The notes: generated by a model from the letters alone, not told the origin. DNA of 63,915 nucleotides, filler included, from Lenisia limosa (GCA_001655205.1; 14 parts of 14 records of this genome joined end to end with filler, not necessarily neighbours in it); one strand, 5' to 3'. Numbered from the whole stretch's first letter, positions 24,845 through 45,370 are shown. A program made the numbers and translations.

Positions 24845-26915
24845 TTAAGATGGTGACACCCTCAAACGCTGGCCGCTGTCCGAGAGTTGCTTAAGATACT
24901 CCAAAGCAGCAAATCCGTTGAGAGTGTCTTCGCCTTGGAGCATTGACTGCAAAGTGAGTAACGCTTGATTTTCATGCAATGACAAAAGTAACAAAGAACA
25001 ACACCATAATTTCTCAAATACAGTGACCGGGATAAGTCTTGACCGATTTGCAATGTGATTTCCCAAGGAAAATCTGTCAAGACTTCCCGGTCACTGTATG
25101 TACTACATCCCCTCCCCCCTTATTTCTCAAGATGTATTATTAAGCATCCTTACGTCCCCAAAAAAGGAATTCTCGATCAAAATGTCGATATTTAACTGGT
25201 CTTTTTCGGACCGTAAGGAAGCTGCACAGGTATAATTATATCATATGTATACGATAAGATATGTATCATATCGTAAGCATGTTTATGTATTACACCCCCC
25301 CCCCCCNNNNNNNNNNNNNNNNNNNNNNNNNNNNNNNNNNNNNNNNNNNNNNNNTTCAAAGAGTATTTGTGGAATTCGTCTGCGATGCTGAGGGCCAAAT
25401 TACCGATTACGGCGCTATGCCATGCCGGGATACAGGTTTGGCCTGGGGATGCCTCGGGGGCTACTGCGGATCCCGTGATGGGCAGTCCGTCTTTCGATCT
25501 GAAAGATCAGGGTTTTAGAGTACGTAGGCTCATCACTATCACAAGATGGTATCTATAGTGACCGGAATAAGTCTTGACCGATTTTATGGATTATTCTCAT
25601 GAAAATCGGTCAAGACTTATCCCGGCCACTGTAAGTTTACATGTACATATGTATGTACATGTCTATGATAGATAGTATATAGTATAGCATGACCCTGGTG
25701 GGTATAAAGGGGGTGTGAGGGACGATTTTAATACACAATTTGTGCCTTATTAGCCTGAAAGGCAATGGTAGGATAATCACTTTCCTCAAAATATTAATTG
25801 CACGGAGCTCTAATTTTAATTCGTCCTTGAACAAGACTCCCACCTACCTAAAAACCGGCATTACAGTGGTCACGTCACCAGGGTCCTTAGGCGGAACGTG
25901 GCACATCAAGGAAAACACTTTGCTGGGGTCACTGACACCGTACGAGTTGACCCGCAGACTCAGGAGGAGTGGAAGATCCTCCGGTCCTCTACAAGCATAG
26001 AGGGGATCGCTGAGAAGGGCTCCTGTTGAACTGCCGCCGCTTGGGGATGGTGTACCTGTATATGTGAAAGATGTCGGCGTGTGTTATCCCTCTGTACATG
26101 TACCTGTATATGCGAAAAATACATGCGTGTTCATATGAGTTTGTTGACTTGTGTGTTATTATAGGATTTGGATTTATGTGAATCATATGTACATATGTAT
26201 TTGGTACTATGTACTACCCCCCCCCCCACGTTTGGACATAAAAGGGCTNNNNNNNNNNNNNNNNNNNNNNNNNNNNNNNNNNNNNNNNNNNNNNNNNNNN
26301 NNNNNNNNNNNNNNNNNNNNNNNNNNNNNNNNNNNNNNNNNNNNNNNNNNNNNNNNNNNNNNAGGACGGGTTCCGGTGAGAGCAACCCGGAGACTCTCGG
26401 GGGCACTGGAAAAAACCTGACTGGTACCCCGGACCAGAGGCCCGGGTGACATGTTTTGTGGTACGTCCTGCGCGGGTATTGCGCCTGGATTTGGACCAGT
26501 GTAGATAAACGCAACGACCGGAGAGGACTGGCCGTGTGACAGGGCTTCCGCGACGGTAGAGAGGCATATTTCTTCATCCACCACCTGACAGGTCTGACTG
26601 GATGTTACGACGGCGGAGAAGCCATGATCGTATAACCGCCGGACCAGTGTGGAGTACAGATCGGAGATCATGATTTCCGGGGCCTCGAGATGCTGTAAGG
26701 GGAGGCTGGAAGTAGTTGGGACCAGGGTTTGAAGGTGATCACTCGGATCTAGATTTGAGAGCATGCTTCTGTCGTGCACGATGAGAGGGCGTTTAGGGGA
26801 TGATGTCACCAAATCCTCGTCCATTCCATCGCCATGCAGCAGCTTATCGGTCAGAAACACTACGGCGGCGGAGGAGGCACAGAATTCTAGGGCTTCGCGC
26901 ATGCTTCGGTTGGCT
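24845..26915 (-). CDS. Hypothetical protein, C-terminal exons
   Basis: A GC-rich long exon at ~26365-26915 (REALEFCASSAAVVFLTDKLLHGDG...), further exons at ~25850-26050 and 25355-25500, and a terminal exon ...LNGFAALEYLKQLSDSGQRLRVSPS* ending at 24845. Confidence 0.5.
25021..25096. mobile_element. MITE family B (~76 bp, TIR CAGTGACCGGGA(T)AAGTCTTGAC, TA TSD), Tc1/mariner-type
   Basis: TA-CAGTGACCGG...CCGGTCACTG-TA. Copies lie at ~130-206, 25556-25631 and 61289-61352; a variant with CACTGACC ends lies at 15694-15771 and 44574-44634. Confidence 0.82.
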
Positions 26916-27112
26916 NNNNNNNNNNNNNNNNNNNNNNNNNNNNNNNNNNNNNNNNNNNNTTAATTAATTAANNNNNNNNNNNNNNNNNNNNNNNNNNNNN
27001 NNNNNNNNNNNNNNNGGGGGGGGGGGGGTCAATTGGGCTTTCGTTTGTCAGATAAGTTGGAAATTTTATGACATTATATTTTCTGTTCCGCATTTTTCAC
27101 GCCACCCCCCAG

Positions 27113-28680
27113 ACGGTGAACAATCCTGGGCCATCCCCAAGGGGCAGCTTACGGTCGACGCTCTTCGAAGCCACGTTCTGATCGTGCAGACTAGACAGGA
27201 CAAAATGTATGGCTTTGGATCGTTTTTGACTATTGGATCTGGCTTGAGCTGTTTTTGTTTTTTTTGATGGTGGGACTCTTCTAAGGCCGACTCAGGCTTG
27301 TTTTTTTTGTGTGTCATCTGGTTTTTGTCTAGTTGTCTAGTTTAAGCGTTAGTTGCTCGTTTTTGTTATTTGTTTGGAGTTTTAGATTATTCGGTTAGTG
27401 GTTTGTAAAAATTTTGTAACAATATGTCTTACTATCCCACCCCCCTCAGGCTGGAGATTTCTATGGACGAAAGCAAGCATATCCGGGTTCTTCAGATGAA
27501 TAAACCCCTCTTGAAAGCATGTCCGGCAGAGAGGTCTGGGGTAGTGCTTTTAATCCACTTGGAGAGAGTCACTTTGGCTTTGTTATCTTTGTACCCTTAG
27601 TAACTTATCAGAGCGAGCGGCACCATATTATCTGAAGGCATTTACTGGGGCCAACTCGAGTGGACGTCAACTGGCCTTATTTTACCTGGTGGGTCTCTTT
27701 TTATTTTGAAGAGCTCCAATCTAGAATGAACTTGATGGTCTAATGTTGGCCAGGTACAATCTTTTTTTATTGATTTATTTTGTATGTGTACGTGTATATG
27801 CCGCGAAAGGTCTTACCCCAAACAGGTCAAGAAGAAATCGCACTTACGTGTCTGCTCCGCCGAAAACGAAACGAGCCCCTTGACATTCCTGAAGACGAGG
27901 TGGGACAGAATTTGGCAGAGGAAGGTTATCCATTTCCCACATCTAAATTAACCAACCAGTCCAACGGACCCATTATGTTCTCACGACAGTACGCAGCTCG
28001 AAGGGAGGAACTTCAGACCTTTGATGTGGGATGGAGACGCATCACGCTACATATTTCAATAAACGCCGATGTAGTCAAAGTATTTCATATGACGTTGAAC
28101 ATGAAGTTATTTGTGTTTTACCCCAAATATGTTAACCATCAATGACGTTTGTAGTTCAAAGCACCGCACCTGAGTGAAGCCGCCGCGATTGCTATTCAAG
28201 ACAACGCCCCGATTGCTGAGCCGGACCAAGCCCCGCAGGCTGAAGACGATCCTAATGTATGTTGGGGTAAATGAAGGAATTTTGATGGAAAATGGGGGGG
28301 GGGTATCAAAATGCATGCTAATCTTGAATAAGGGACCAAGACTTGTGGTTATTTGCCTTGTTATTTTATTTTTTTTAGTGGTGCTTTTTAAAGGAAATTG
28401 CGGAGGAAAAGAAGGAAGAGAAAGAACAAGAAATTGTCGAAGAAGATGTTCAAGTGAATGAACTTTCAAAAGAAGCTAAAGAGGAGAGAAATGAAGAAAT
28501 AGAGAAGGAAGACGGTGTGAAAAAGGAAGTCAGTTGTGTGATTGAGGTTGGTTGGGGGGGGGGGGGGNNNNNNNNNNNNNNNNNNNNNNNNNNNNNNNNN
28601 NNNNNNNNNNNNNNCTGTAGGATGAAGCTCCGGATACACCAGCTATCGCACCAGAACCAAGCCTTCTGCAAAATGGTGGA
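27113..28680 (+). CDS. Hypothetical protein with acidic/charged C-terminal region
   Basis: Phase-compatible exons LEISMDESKHIRVLQMNKPLLKACPAE, ASGTILSEGIYWGQLEWTSTGLILP, GQEEIALTCLLRRKRNEPLDIPEDE, YAARREELQTFDVGWRRITLHISINADVVK, FKAPHLSEAAA..., then an E/K-rich exon. Confidence 0.55.
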
Positions 28681-29303
28681 TGGTTTTGTTAAGAGTGATC
28701 AGGAGTCTTTCTTGATCTACCAACATTTCACTGCATTTCGATATCTCTTTCCAAAGTGAATAATTATATGATTTTATTTATAATGGAAAATGATTCATAT
28801 TGTCACTCCTCTTTTAGGATGTGAAACACTGATAATCTTTGAAGGGCTTCGTTTTTTATTCACACAGAAATGATTCCTGAAGAAGACTGAGCAGCCACCC
28901 CATCCCCACCACCTACCGCAAATGGCCGATACGAGCCTTAATTTTGTCAATGTTATAGTTTTTCAATTCAATTCCGTTTCTTGTTGTCTATCCGTCTAGC
29001 ATTCATCTATTTCTTTTCAAAAACACCAAACCTGCAGAATCTAAAATAGCGGACTGATTAAGAATATATAAATGGCAAATAAATGAATAAATGGTAATAC
29101 CTAGGGATTTAGGGGGGGGGATGTTGCTTGGAAAGTAAAACCACAGGATGTCAGGAATTTCCACACAAATCATCCCATGGGATTTTCACCTCTTTTTCAT
29201 CCCGTTTTTTAGGAGGTCGGAATAAAGGCAAAATAGAATAAGGTATCAGAGTGGTCATAAGATTTTATTAAATTCAAGTTAAGCTTGACAAGAGCGATTC
29301 AAA

Positions 29304-35773
<6,470 letters not shown>

Positions 35774-36225
35774 CCTGTTTTCTTCTTTTTCTTTTTGTTT
35801 CAAAAACCAACCACTGAAACGAGCAAATACAGTTGTTGATAAATAGAGGGGTCATCAAATTTAGACAAGCCGAATTTTGGCTATCGTTTCATTTCTTTTC
35901 CATTCGTTTTCACTGACCCCCCCCCCCCANNNNNNNNNNNNNNNNNNNNNNNNNNNNNNNNNNNNNNNNNNNNNNNNNNNNNNNNNNNNNNNNNNNNNNN
36001 NNNNNNNNNNNNNNNNNNNNNNNNNNNNNNNNNNNNNNNTCAAATAGGGGTTTGTTGTTTCTTTTACTGTAATTGTAGTCTATTTATATGCAACTTTCGT
36101 TAAAAACTGTCACAATATCATGGTGTAACTGAGTGACAAGCAAAAACAAAAAAAAAACAAAGAAAAAGCAAATGCACCAAAGAAAACCGTATGCATCCAC
36201 CAAAGAAATATTACAACACTACCAT

Positions 36226-39200
36226 TTACTCGGCCTCCATAGTCTCAGTCTCGGCAGGCGATGACTCCTCCTCGACATCCATCTTGGACTCGTCCTTCTT
36301 CTCCTCTTCCTCCTTCTTTTCCTCTTCAATCTACAATGTTAGATCAAGACAAAACGAAAACAGACGCCCAGAAATATCGCATCCTTGCCCATGTCGCCAC
36401 CAACCACGACGGGCTTGGGGCGGGACATAATGGGGGTGCAAGCGTCACGAAGCTCCTTGACCTTGGTTTGGATGATAGCGACGTCAACACATGGCACCTC
36501 ATACTTCTTCTGCTGTGCCTGCNNNNNNNNNNNNNNNNNNNNNNNNNNNNNNNNNNNNNNNNNNNNNNNNNNNNNNNNNNNNNNNNNNNNNNNNNNNNNN
36601 NNNNNNNNNNNNNNNNNNNNNNNNNNNNNNNNNNNNNNNNNNCTCACGGTACTGGAGGCAAGCATTGCAAAGTTTCTCAACCTTGCCGCGCTCCTCGGCT
36701 GCAGTGTAAGGGGACGTAATGATAATGAGAGAATATGAATATTCTGGCTACCCCAAACCGCACCAGTGATATGGGCGTATTTTTCCTCCTCAGTATTGGC
36801 GAGAAGAAGCCACTCGTTGCAGTGCTTGGTTAGACCCTTGAAGGCAACGGGAATCTTCTCCGAGGCGTCCTTACGGGAAACGACCGGGTCTCCGAAGGCA
36901 TGGAGCTCCTAAAATGTTAACAAGGGTTGTGGGGGGTATTACACCCATTTAGATTTGCAACCTTAAGTTTCTTGGAGTAGGCGCCCTTGGGTGCGTCTTC
37001 ACCATCTTCATAAAGCCAATCTTCGGTGCTGTTGAGGAACTGGAGAAGGGATTAAACGGGGTACAACAGCACGTGTAAAATACGTTACAGAGGAGAAGAA
37101 TCTGTAGAAAAGATAACTGCCTCCCCAGTACACCAAGATTAGATAAGATGTGAAGAATAATAATGTTGAGAAATTCAGTTTTTTGAAAACCATGCTCACA
37201 GTTCTGAATTCATCAATGACAGAAGGGTCACAGAAGGCCTCGAGGGAGGATGAGAGACGGTCACGCATGTCGTAGACGTAAGTCTCAACTTCGTTACGGA
37301 GGTTCTCAGTTTCCACAACCATTTTGTTGATGTCTTCAAGCTCTTGTTCGCGGAGCTATGCGGTGAGAATATGAAAAAAGATGAAATAGGAGCGAGAATC
37401 AGTGAGACAATCAAAATAAAAACAGGCCATGTACACTCGAAAAAAAAAAAAAAAAAACTGCAGGCTACCTTCAGAGCGTCAAGAACCTTGCCCTCAACGG
37501 GATTGTCACCGGAGAGCTGGTCGACCTTAACGGAAAGCTTCTTCTTCACAATCTGAAAAAAAAGTCAGGTGAATTTAATATCATCATGTCTATTTGGTTG
37601 TTGCATCGTTGAGATCCGTGTCAACAGCTCTGGCCTTACCTTGACCTTGGGGATGTCGGTGAAATCAAGGTCACTATCAGCGGGCTCAGGAACGTCCTTC
37701 TTCTCCTTCTTCTCTTCGCCTTCCTTCTCCTCGGCCTTGGCTGTCTCCTCCATCTCGAGTTCCTAAGGTGTTAGCACGGGGGGTAAAATTGGACATTTAT
37801 GAAACAAAAAAGCCCATCAACTCTGTTGGCTGACAACAACAAAACAAACAAAGCACAGGCCAGTCGCTTCTGCAGCAGGAAAATAAGAACAGTATCAACC
37901 CCAAGAGCCTGATTAACGCCAAAGCAAGCCGGGGAATAACAAAGCAGGAATAACAAATAGAAGAGCTTCATCTTTTACCTTCTTTTCCTTCCAGAGCTTA
38001 ACCGCCATTTCTTTACGCTCCTTTTCAGTGAGCTCTACTTCTGACTCCTCATTTGCGGTGGCTGGAAGGGGGGGGGGTCAAGTGGAAAAGTTTGGTATCT
38101 GTAGACGGAAGGGGTCCAACTGCATCAGTGCCTCATACCGCTATCAAGGAAGAAAGTGCCGTGTTGTGAAATGCCGGCGGAGACCTTGATTTTAGTAGCC
38201 TTGCCGGAGGCCCGGGTAGGGGGGGCATGAACAAGGAAGGAGCCGAGAGCAAGATCGGTACCGGCAGGGAGGGTGTCGTTCCTATGTAGTGAGATGAATG
38301 TGTTTGATCCAGAAGCACTAGAAGATATCACAATCGGGTAACTCACTGGTTGTATGCGGCATTGATGGTGAAGGACTCCTTGCGGAAGAAGTTCAGGACC
38401 TTCTTGGTGGAAACCTTGTCTCCACGAGGGAAAATCTCAGTACCGGAAGAGGGTGTGATAGGTCCGCCATCTGNNNNNNNNNNNNNNNNNNNNNNNNNNN
38501 NNNNNNNNNNNNNNNNNNNNNNNNNNNNNNNNNNNNNNNNNNNNNNNNNNNNNNNNNNNNNNNNNNNNNNNNNNNNNNNNNNNNNNNNNNNNNNNNNNNN
38601 NNNNNNNNNNNNNNNNNNNNNNNNNNNNNNNNNNNNNNNNNNNNNNNNNNNNNNNNNNNNNNNNNNNNNNNNNNNNNNNNNNNNNNNNNNNNNNNNNNNN
38701 NNNNNNTGATAGAGTAGTTGTTGAAGTCGACGACACTGTACTCACGCACCTTGAAGAGGGGAGAAAGCATGGCTGACTGCAACCGTTAAACCTTTTCCGA
38801 ACCAACCCTCTTCACCATCTATTATTGCACCTCAAACCTGGAGAGCGCAACCCTTGGCAACACATTCGGAGGCATTGAGGGTCTTTGAGGGCTCTTGGCC
38901 GAAGATATCCTTGATGTAGTTCTGCGCAGATGAGAGGTCAGAAGGTTATTATCCCTGTTCGCCAACTGCTACCCCCCCCCCCAAAAAAAAAATTAATAAA
39001 TAAGGGGGNNNNNNNNNNNNNNNNNNNNNNNNNNNNNNNNNNNNNNNNNNNNNNNNNNNNNNNNNNNNNNNNNNNNNNNNNNNNNNNNNNNNNNNNNNNN
39101 NNNNCTAACGACCCCCGAATGTAGCAATAAGAAATCAAAAGGAAGAATTTCCAGAATATGTAGAGATGATAAATAAATAAATTTTGAGGTAGTACAATCA

Positions 39201-41563
39201 CATAACGCAAACAAGACTGTTTTGCATCAAACATGCTCTTCTGAAAGTTTCAAACCTGGATGATGGGGATACGGCTAGTGCCACCAATGACCTCACAGGC
39301 ATGGAAAGTCTTGGGGTCAACCTATAGCGATGAGTTCAATATCCAAACTTCATTTGTAAAAACTATTTGCTGGTTGTAAGATATGACATCTTACAATGAT
39401 AACGATATGATACATGTATCATAGTAGTCAGAAAAAGACCACGAGGACCCCCCCCCCCCANNNNNNNNNNNNNNNNNNNNNNNNNNNNNNNNNNNNNNNN
39501 NNNNNNNNNNNNNNNNNNNNNNNNNNNNNNNNNNNNNNNNNNNNNNNNNNNNNNNNNNNNNNNNNNNNNNNNNNNNNNNNNNNNNNNNNGCACAGAGCTC
39601 CTCGAACTCGTCACTACAAATTCAGACACACACAGGGCAATTCCATTTGTATGGGAATACAGAAAACAAGAAGGAGGAGTGGATAATAATACTTATTATT
39701 CACTGCCTACCGCTTCATCATGCCCTTTACGTCGATGTCATCCATAAAGCACTCAATGCTCATATGGGCCTGTGGAATATAAGACGACGTTTGAGGTTTG
39801 AGGTTTTAAAAAGACAAAAACAAAAAAACAACGATTTATACCTCAGAGTTGGAAGAGAGGGTCTTCTTGAGCTTCTGAACGCCTTGGTAGAGACGGACCA
39901 TAGCGCGTGGGCGTTCATTGGCGTCAACCTTGTACTTCTTCTGTTGAAGGGTAAACAAAATTCAGTGATTGCAGTTTAAAGATTTTAAAAATAATAAATT
40001 CTAAATACACTTTACAAATTGCTTGACTTGAAGTGACCCCCCCCCCCTAACAAGGAAGAAGGCAGCAAAGTGCTTGACAAGGAGATCATCAATGTCTTGA
40101 CCACCGACTTCAGCAGTGGAAGTTGCCACAACCTATAGTTTGTGATGGAAGGTGCTTAGAATAGCTGGGGGAAGAAAACCACTCTTGAGAACCACATTGC
40201 GCACCTTGAGATGTCCCTTGGTGAAGGCAATGACCGAAACCTCAGTGTGCGTGTATCCAATGTCGGTCATTGCAACGTGGCGAGGAACCTTCTCGTCAAG
40301 GTCCTGCTTGTAGATACCGTAGGTGATGCCAGCTACAGGAGTAACTCTTTGTTTTTGTTTTTTTTTCCACGACCATAAAACGATAACGTAGTGAAGTAAG
40401 AGGTCGTCAAAAAGGGCCACATACCAGCAGTGGTACTGTTAAGAGTCTTCTGGCAATGGAGTCCGGCAATCGCAGCCGCGGAGCGAAGAGCGTTTCTCTG
40501 CATGTTGTTGTAGGAACGGGGGCACTGGACAGTGAACTCGTTATAGGTGGCTTGTTTAAGATATGGAAAGAGAAAATAAGCGGGGGGGGGGGGNNNNNNN
40601 NNNNNNNNNNNNNNNNNNNNNNNNNNNNNNNNNNNNNNNNNNNNNNNNNNNNNNNNNNNNNNNNNNNNNNNNNNNNNNNNNNNNNNNNNACTTGGAGTTG
40701 AATGATGAGCAGACTAATGCGATTGACAAACGGTGTGGTCCACTAATGTAGGCAGCAGCTTACAGAAATAACGACATCAACGATTTCCTTTCCAATGTTG
40801 CGTGTGACGGTCTCCTTAAGTCCTACAACCATCATAATCATCCTATTCCACAATAATATCTTGAAACACTACACCCTTTCAAACCAGTGAGGAGCATTGC
40901 CATAGCTTGGGTGGGCTTGAATACGGCCGCTTCCCCGCGGAATTTCAGCTGGAAGGTGAATATCAGGCTATCATGGTGCCACTGAAAACAACAACAAAAA
41001 TCTAGAACTGGTGAAGCGGGCAACCAAGCTTTCAGAAGGATCATTCAAGAAATGTTCAATTCGAGATCCCCCGCAATAGAGTCAATAAACCACGACAGTA
41101 ATCCTTTTACTAACCTCAATATCGATAAATCCGTCCTCATCAGCGGCAAGCTTGAAGGGAAGGGTCTTCCGAAGTTCCTGAACACGGGGGTCGTCGAACT
41201 TACGGCCGAGAAGGCTTCCAACCTGAGCAATGGTGTTCTTGAAGTTCTTGCCAAGCTAAAAAGGTGAGCAATACCAACCCATGAATAGAAGCACAAAAAA
41301 AGACCCCAAATCTACCTGAGTAGCCGACATTTCACCGACATAGCGACGCTTTTGGTCAAAGGAAACGAGAGAGCTGTGTACATTAGCGTCATATGTGTTA
41401 TTTGGTGAAGCGAACAAAGCTCAAAGAGCATTTCCTCGCCATTTTGCCTCGCTTACGGGGTAGTTCTGTTTGAAACTTCATTGCAGAGGATGTCAATGCC
41501 ACCCTTCTGAGCAACGGCAATACAAGACTTTTCAGTACCAACGTCAAGACCAATAACACTCAT
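36226..41563 (-). CDS. HSP110: Hsp110 (HSPH/Sse1) nucleotide-exchange chaperone
   Basis: Starts MSVIGLDVGTEKSCIAVAQKGGIDILCNEVSNRTTP-SLVSFDQKRRYVGE. Contains SLLGRKFDDPRVQEL, YGIYKQDL, VPRHVAMTDIG, FKVREYSVVDFNNYSI, ETENLRNEVETYVYDMRDRL and PIMSRPKP, then an acidic tail ...KMDVEEESSPAETETMEAE* (TAA at 36226-36228). Confidence 0.95.
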
Positions 41564-42011
41564 TATGCAACCCTTAACAAGAAACACAAGGAAAAAAGGC
41601 TTCACGAAAAAAAAGGGCTTCACTTAAAAATGTGGCAACTCTCCGTGTGACACGTTTCATTCATTGAACTATCTGCCCCCCATCAATCTTTAAATCACTT
41701 GAATCACCAATCATTTCCATATAATCCTTTGATGATCCTTCACTTAAAGACAGCAATCGGACAAGTAGGACTGTTGTAAGCCATGGTCAATTTGGGGGTC
41801 AGGGCTTGGAGGTAGTATATAGAGCTCCAAGGTNNNNNNNNNNNNNNNNNNNNNNNNNNNNNNNNNNNNNNNNNNNNTTAATTAATTAANNNNNNNNNNN
41901 NNNNNNNNNNNNNNNNNNNNNNNNNNNNNNNNNTTGTTTCATAAATTGTCCTATTTTATCCCTTCACCCCCGTCATCCTTCTCCTTCTAACAATTACTTC
42001 ATCATCGCTTT

Positions 42012-43561
42012 AGAACGAGTTGGCCGAATTCCTGGATAACGAGCTCAATTGGATGGAACTCAGAGAGAACCATGACGAACTTGAGTCTTCTTTTGGCCGG
42101 GTTTTCACCCACATCAGAATGTAAGAACCCTCCATCCTCCCCTTACCTTCCATCTCACCTTTTTTGTTTTATTCAAATCAAACATGATTTATTTGTAGCT
42201 TCCCTCTACTCATCCATTTTGCTTTTAAGTAATAATAAACGATTTAATAATCAGGTTTAATACACAAATGGCATCCCAAATCAATATTTTAAGACTAATA
42301 CACTCATACATATATGCTAATTGTGTTTTCTATACAGGGTATATGTAGGCTTAACGCGATCCCAACACGGCTATCGAGTATTTTGTCATAATTTTTTAGT
42401 CCTTAAATTTTAGTACTAAATTTTAATAATATTTTTTAGTCAGTCGTTATAGTGGTCATTGTAGGTATGTTACCAATTCAGGTACGTCACTGCAGGAGGT
42501 TCAGGCATGATCCAGCTGTTCCATCAGCAACTCGAGCTTGCCGTTAGACGGAGGTGGGATCGTAGTAAGATTTAGAAGAAGAGGGGTGTATAGGGTATAG
42601 GAGGGNNNNNNNNNNNNNNNNNNNNNNNNNNNNNNNNNNNNNNNNNNNNNNNNNNNNNNNNNNNNNNNNNGGTTGGCGGGAAGGGGTATGGGACAACGTT
42701 AAGTTGTATCTGGCCAAAGCCGTCTGCTATAAGAGATAATGAATTATAGTTTAATATTAATTCACACAATCATTTGCCTATCTCTGTGCACACAGCTTCC
42801 TGCGTGCCTCCCCAGGGACTACTTTCATTTTCACTCTATCTTGGCCCAATACAAAGTCTTGTCAAATTACCTATGTCCTAAACATCCTCTTTCAATTATT
42901 CTCTTCCATTTTCCCTATATCAATATTCTTTGAACGATTTCAATAATTGTTTAGTTAACTATGTCGTCAACATCCTCTTCCAAAACTTCCTTACTTTTCA
43001 CGCCGTAATTCTTCGTACATGATGACGGTCTTTTCAGGTACCTCAACAACAAGGAATACGAGGGAGCCGTTCAACTCTGCTTAGCTCGCTTCTATGAACA
43101 AAAGGTTAAGGGAGGGGGAAGTAGCATTTTTGCCAACTGAGTTGATTTGGGTTTATTTTTTTTGCCAACTGAGTTGATTTGGGTTTATTTTTTTTGTTTC
43201 CGAAATTTTCCAATTTTACCCTCCCTCCCAATCAGACTATCAGTCAACCTCACTACGGTCGCGCTCTCTTTGGCTTGGCGCACCACGCCATTTGCGCATG
43301 GAAACTCGGCAACGACCAAGGCCGGGCTGTACTGTTTGATGCGGCAATGTGGGGACCTGGGTTATTTTGTGGTTTGTGTGTTATTGTATCATTCATGCTT
43401 GATGGAAATGTTTGATGGAAATGTTTTTTTGTTTGTTTTTGAGTACTTTTTCGGATTTTTGTTGATTTAACCACAGCAATGGACCCGGACTGCTCTTTAA
43501 CATCGAATTCCTCGATCGCATGCGCAACGCGTTCGACTGGTCCACTGTGATGGGCATCTAT
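42012..43561 (+). CDS. Fragment resembling the helical region C-terminal to NACHT NTPases (NWD1/TEP1-like)
   Basis: Spliced GMIQLFHQQLELAVRR-RYLNNKEYEGAVQLCLARFYEQK-TISQPHYGRALFGLAHHAICAWKLG...LLFNIEFLDRMRNAF resembles the FxHxQL..AV..RYL.......H..LA.YF motif. The NTPase itself is not on this scaffold. Confidence 0.4.
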
Positions 43562-44429
43562 GGTATGTCTACTGTTATGGATATCTATGGTATGATTACT
43601 GCCAAAATCCTGATTGCCCACATTACCCATATTTGTGTTTATTTGTTCCCTAGATTTCTGATGTATTTCTTTTCTCTTGTTTTCAAAAAAACCACATTAC
43701 CCAATATCNNNNNNNNNNNNNNNNNNNNNNNNNNNNNNNNNNNNNNNNNNNNTTAATTAATTAANNNNNNNNNNNNNNNNNNNNNNNNNNNNNNNNNNNN
43801 NNNNNNNNCGGGGAGGGGGGGTAAAATTGGATAATTTATGAAACAATAAAGTCCAAATCACCTCTGTTCGAGGGTTGATATTAGTATAATAATTACAACT
43901 CAACCGACAAATTTCGCTATTTATCGAAGATTTATCGAGGAACTTTCGAGAAATTTAGTATTGTTTGAGCCCGTAAGGAAGCTCTATTTACCCCCCCCCC
44001 CTTGGNNNNNNNNNNNNNNNNNNNNNNNNNNNNNNNNNNNNNNNNNNNNNNNNNNNNNNNNNNNNNNNNNNNNNNNNNNNNNNNNNNNNNNNNNNNNNNN
44101 NNNNNNNNNNNNNNNNNNNNNNNNNNNNNNNNNNNNNNNNNNNNNNNNNNNNNNNNNNNNNNNNNNNNNNNNNNNNNNNNNNNNNNNNNNNNNNNNNNNN
44201 NNNNNNNNNNNNNNNNNNNNNNNNNNNNNNNNNNNNGATCAATGGAAATTTATGGGGGGGGGGGGATACAATTGGAAAATATATGAAAAAAGAAGCCCAA
44301 AATCAACTTTGTTTGTTGAAAACACACGAGGGTTGATAACAACAAAACAAAGCCCAGGGCAGTCGCTTCTGCAGCACTGCATCCCACCACTCCAGCGTTT
44401 CTAAAGTATACCCCAGGCACCCCCTCGCT

Positions 44430-45270
44430 TATCACAATAATACACCCCCCACGCTCATCACACGTGCTGCAGCGCGAAGTGGCGTCACAATGGCCCCTGA
44501 CCGCCGTGTACACGTTACCTTCAATATCAGCAGGGGGTATTAATATATTATGTAGCTCGTAAATTGTCACTAAGATAAGTCCTAACACGAATATTGACCT
44601 TTATCTTAAGTTAATCGTGTCAGGACTTATCTTGAATAAATTATACATACCCACCTCAGTTCGAAAAGACCGGTAAAGTATCGATAGTTTTCGAGGATTT
44701 ATCGAGAATTTCAGTCTTTTTTCGAAATGAAGCCCTACTAATCATACAAATATTATATCATATACTATGTAAAACTAACCCACATGACTCAGATACAAGG
44801 CCGTGCTTGTGGGCATGATGGTACACGCCTAAACTGTCTCCTCCACTGTAAAGGTCAGGCTTTGGGAATAGTCTGGATATGACATCATCAACATCAACAA
44901 CAACAACATCAACATCAACATCAACAACAACATCATCATCAACAACAACAACAACAACATCACCATCATCACTATCATCATCAACAACAACAACAACAAC
45001 AAAATCATCACCATCAACATCAACATCAACATCAACATCAACAACAACAACATCATCATCACCATCATAACCATCATTATCATCACATACCCCTTCCACA
45101 TTCCAGAGATCAATCCCCACCTCCGCCCAATTTGAAAAAACGAAGAGATTGATAGGTTATTTATGACATTGATGACTATGCCATGAATCTACATATATAC
45201 CAATGAACCCCCCACTGGCACCCGGTGTAGAGACAATCCACCACATTTTGGACCGAAAAGTACGTAGTAG
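44430..45270 (-). CDS. CTSZ: Papain-family cysteine protease, cathepsin Z/X-like, internal fragment
   Basis: Three exons splice in frame to TYFSVQNVVDCLYTGC-HGGDSLGVYHHAHKHGLVSES-CNVYTAVRGHCDATSRCSTCDERGGC. This parallels the cathepsin Z segment LSVQNVIDC..GSCEGG...V..YAH.HGI..ETCN.Y.A....C.....C.TC. Confidence 0.8.
44881..45085. repeat. Compound (AAC/ATC)n trinucleotide microsatellite in the cathepsin intron
   Basis: Direct reading of the sequence. Confidence 0.95.
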
Positions 45271-45370
45271 NNNNNNNNNNNNNNNNNNNNNNNNNNNNNN
45301 NNNNNNNNNNNNNNTTAATTAATTAANNNNNNNNNNNNNNNNNNNNNNNNNNNNNNNNNNNNNNNNNNNN

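Noticed and set aside
41564-41833. Heat-shock element upstream of Hsp110
   Set aside because: There is no correctly spaced nGAAnnTTCn array in the 270 bp available before the scaffold ends.
44758-45120. ORFs encoding poly-D/V, poly-M/L or poly-T/S proteins
   Set aside because: These are translations of the (AAC/ATC)n microsatellite inside the cathepsin intron; the same applies to 46649-47295.
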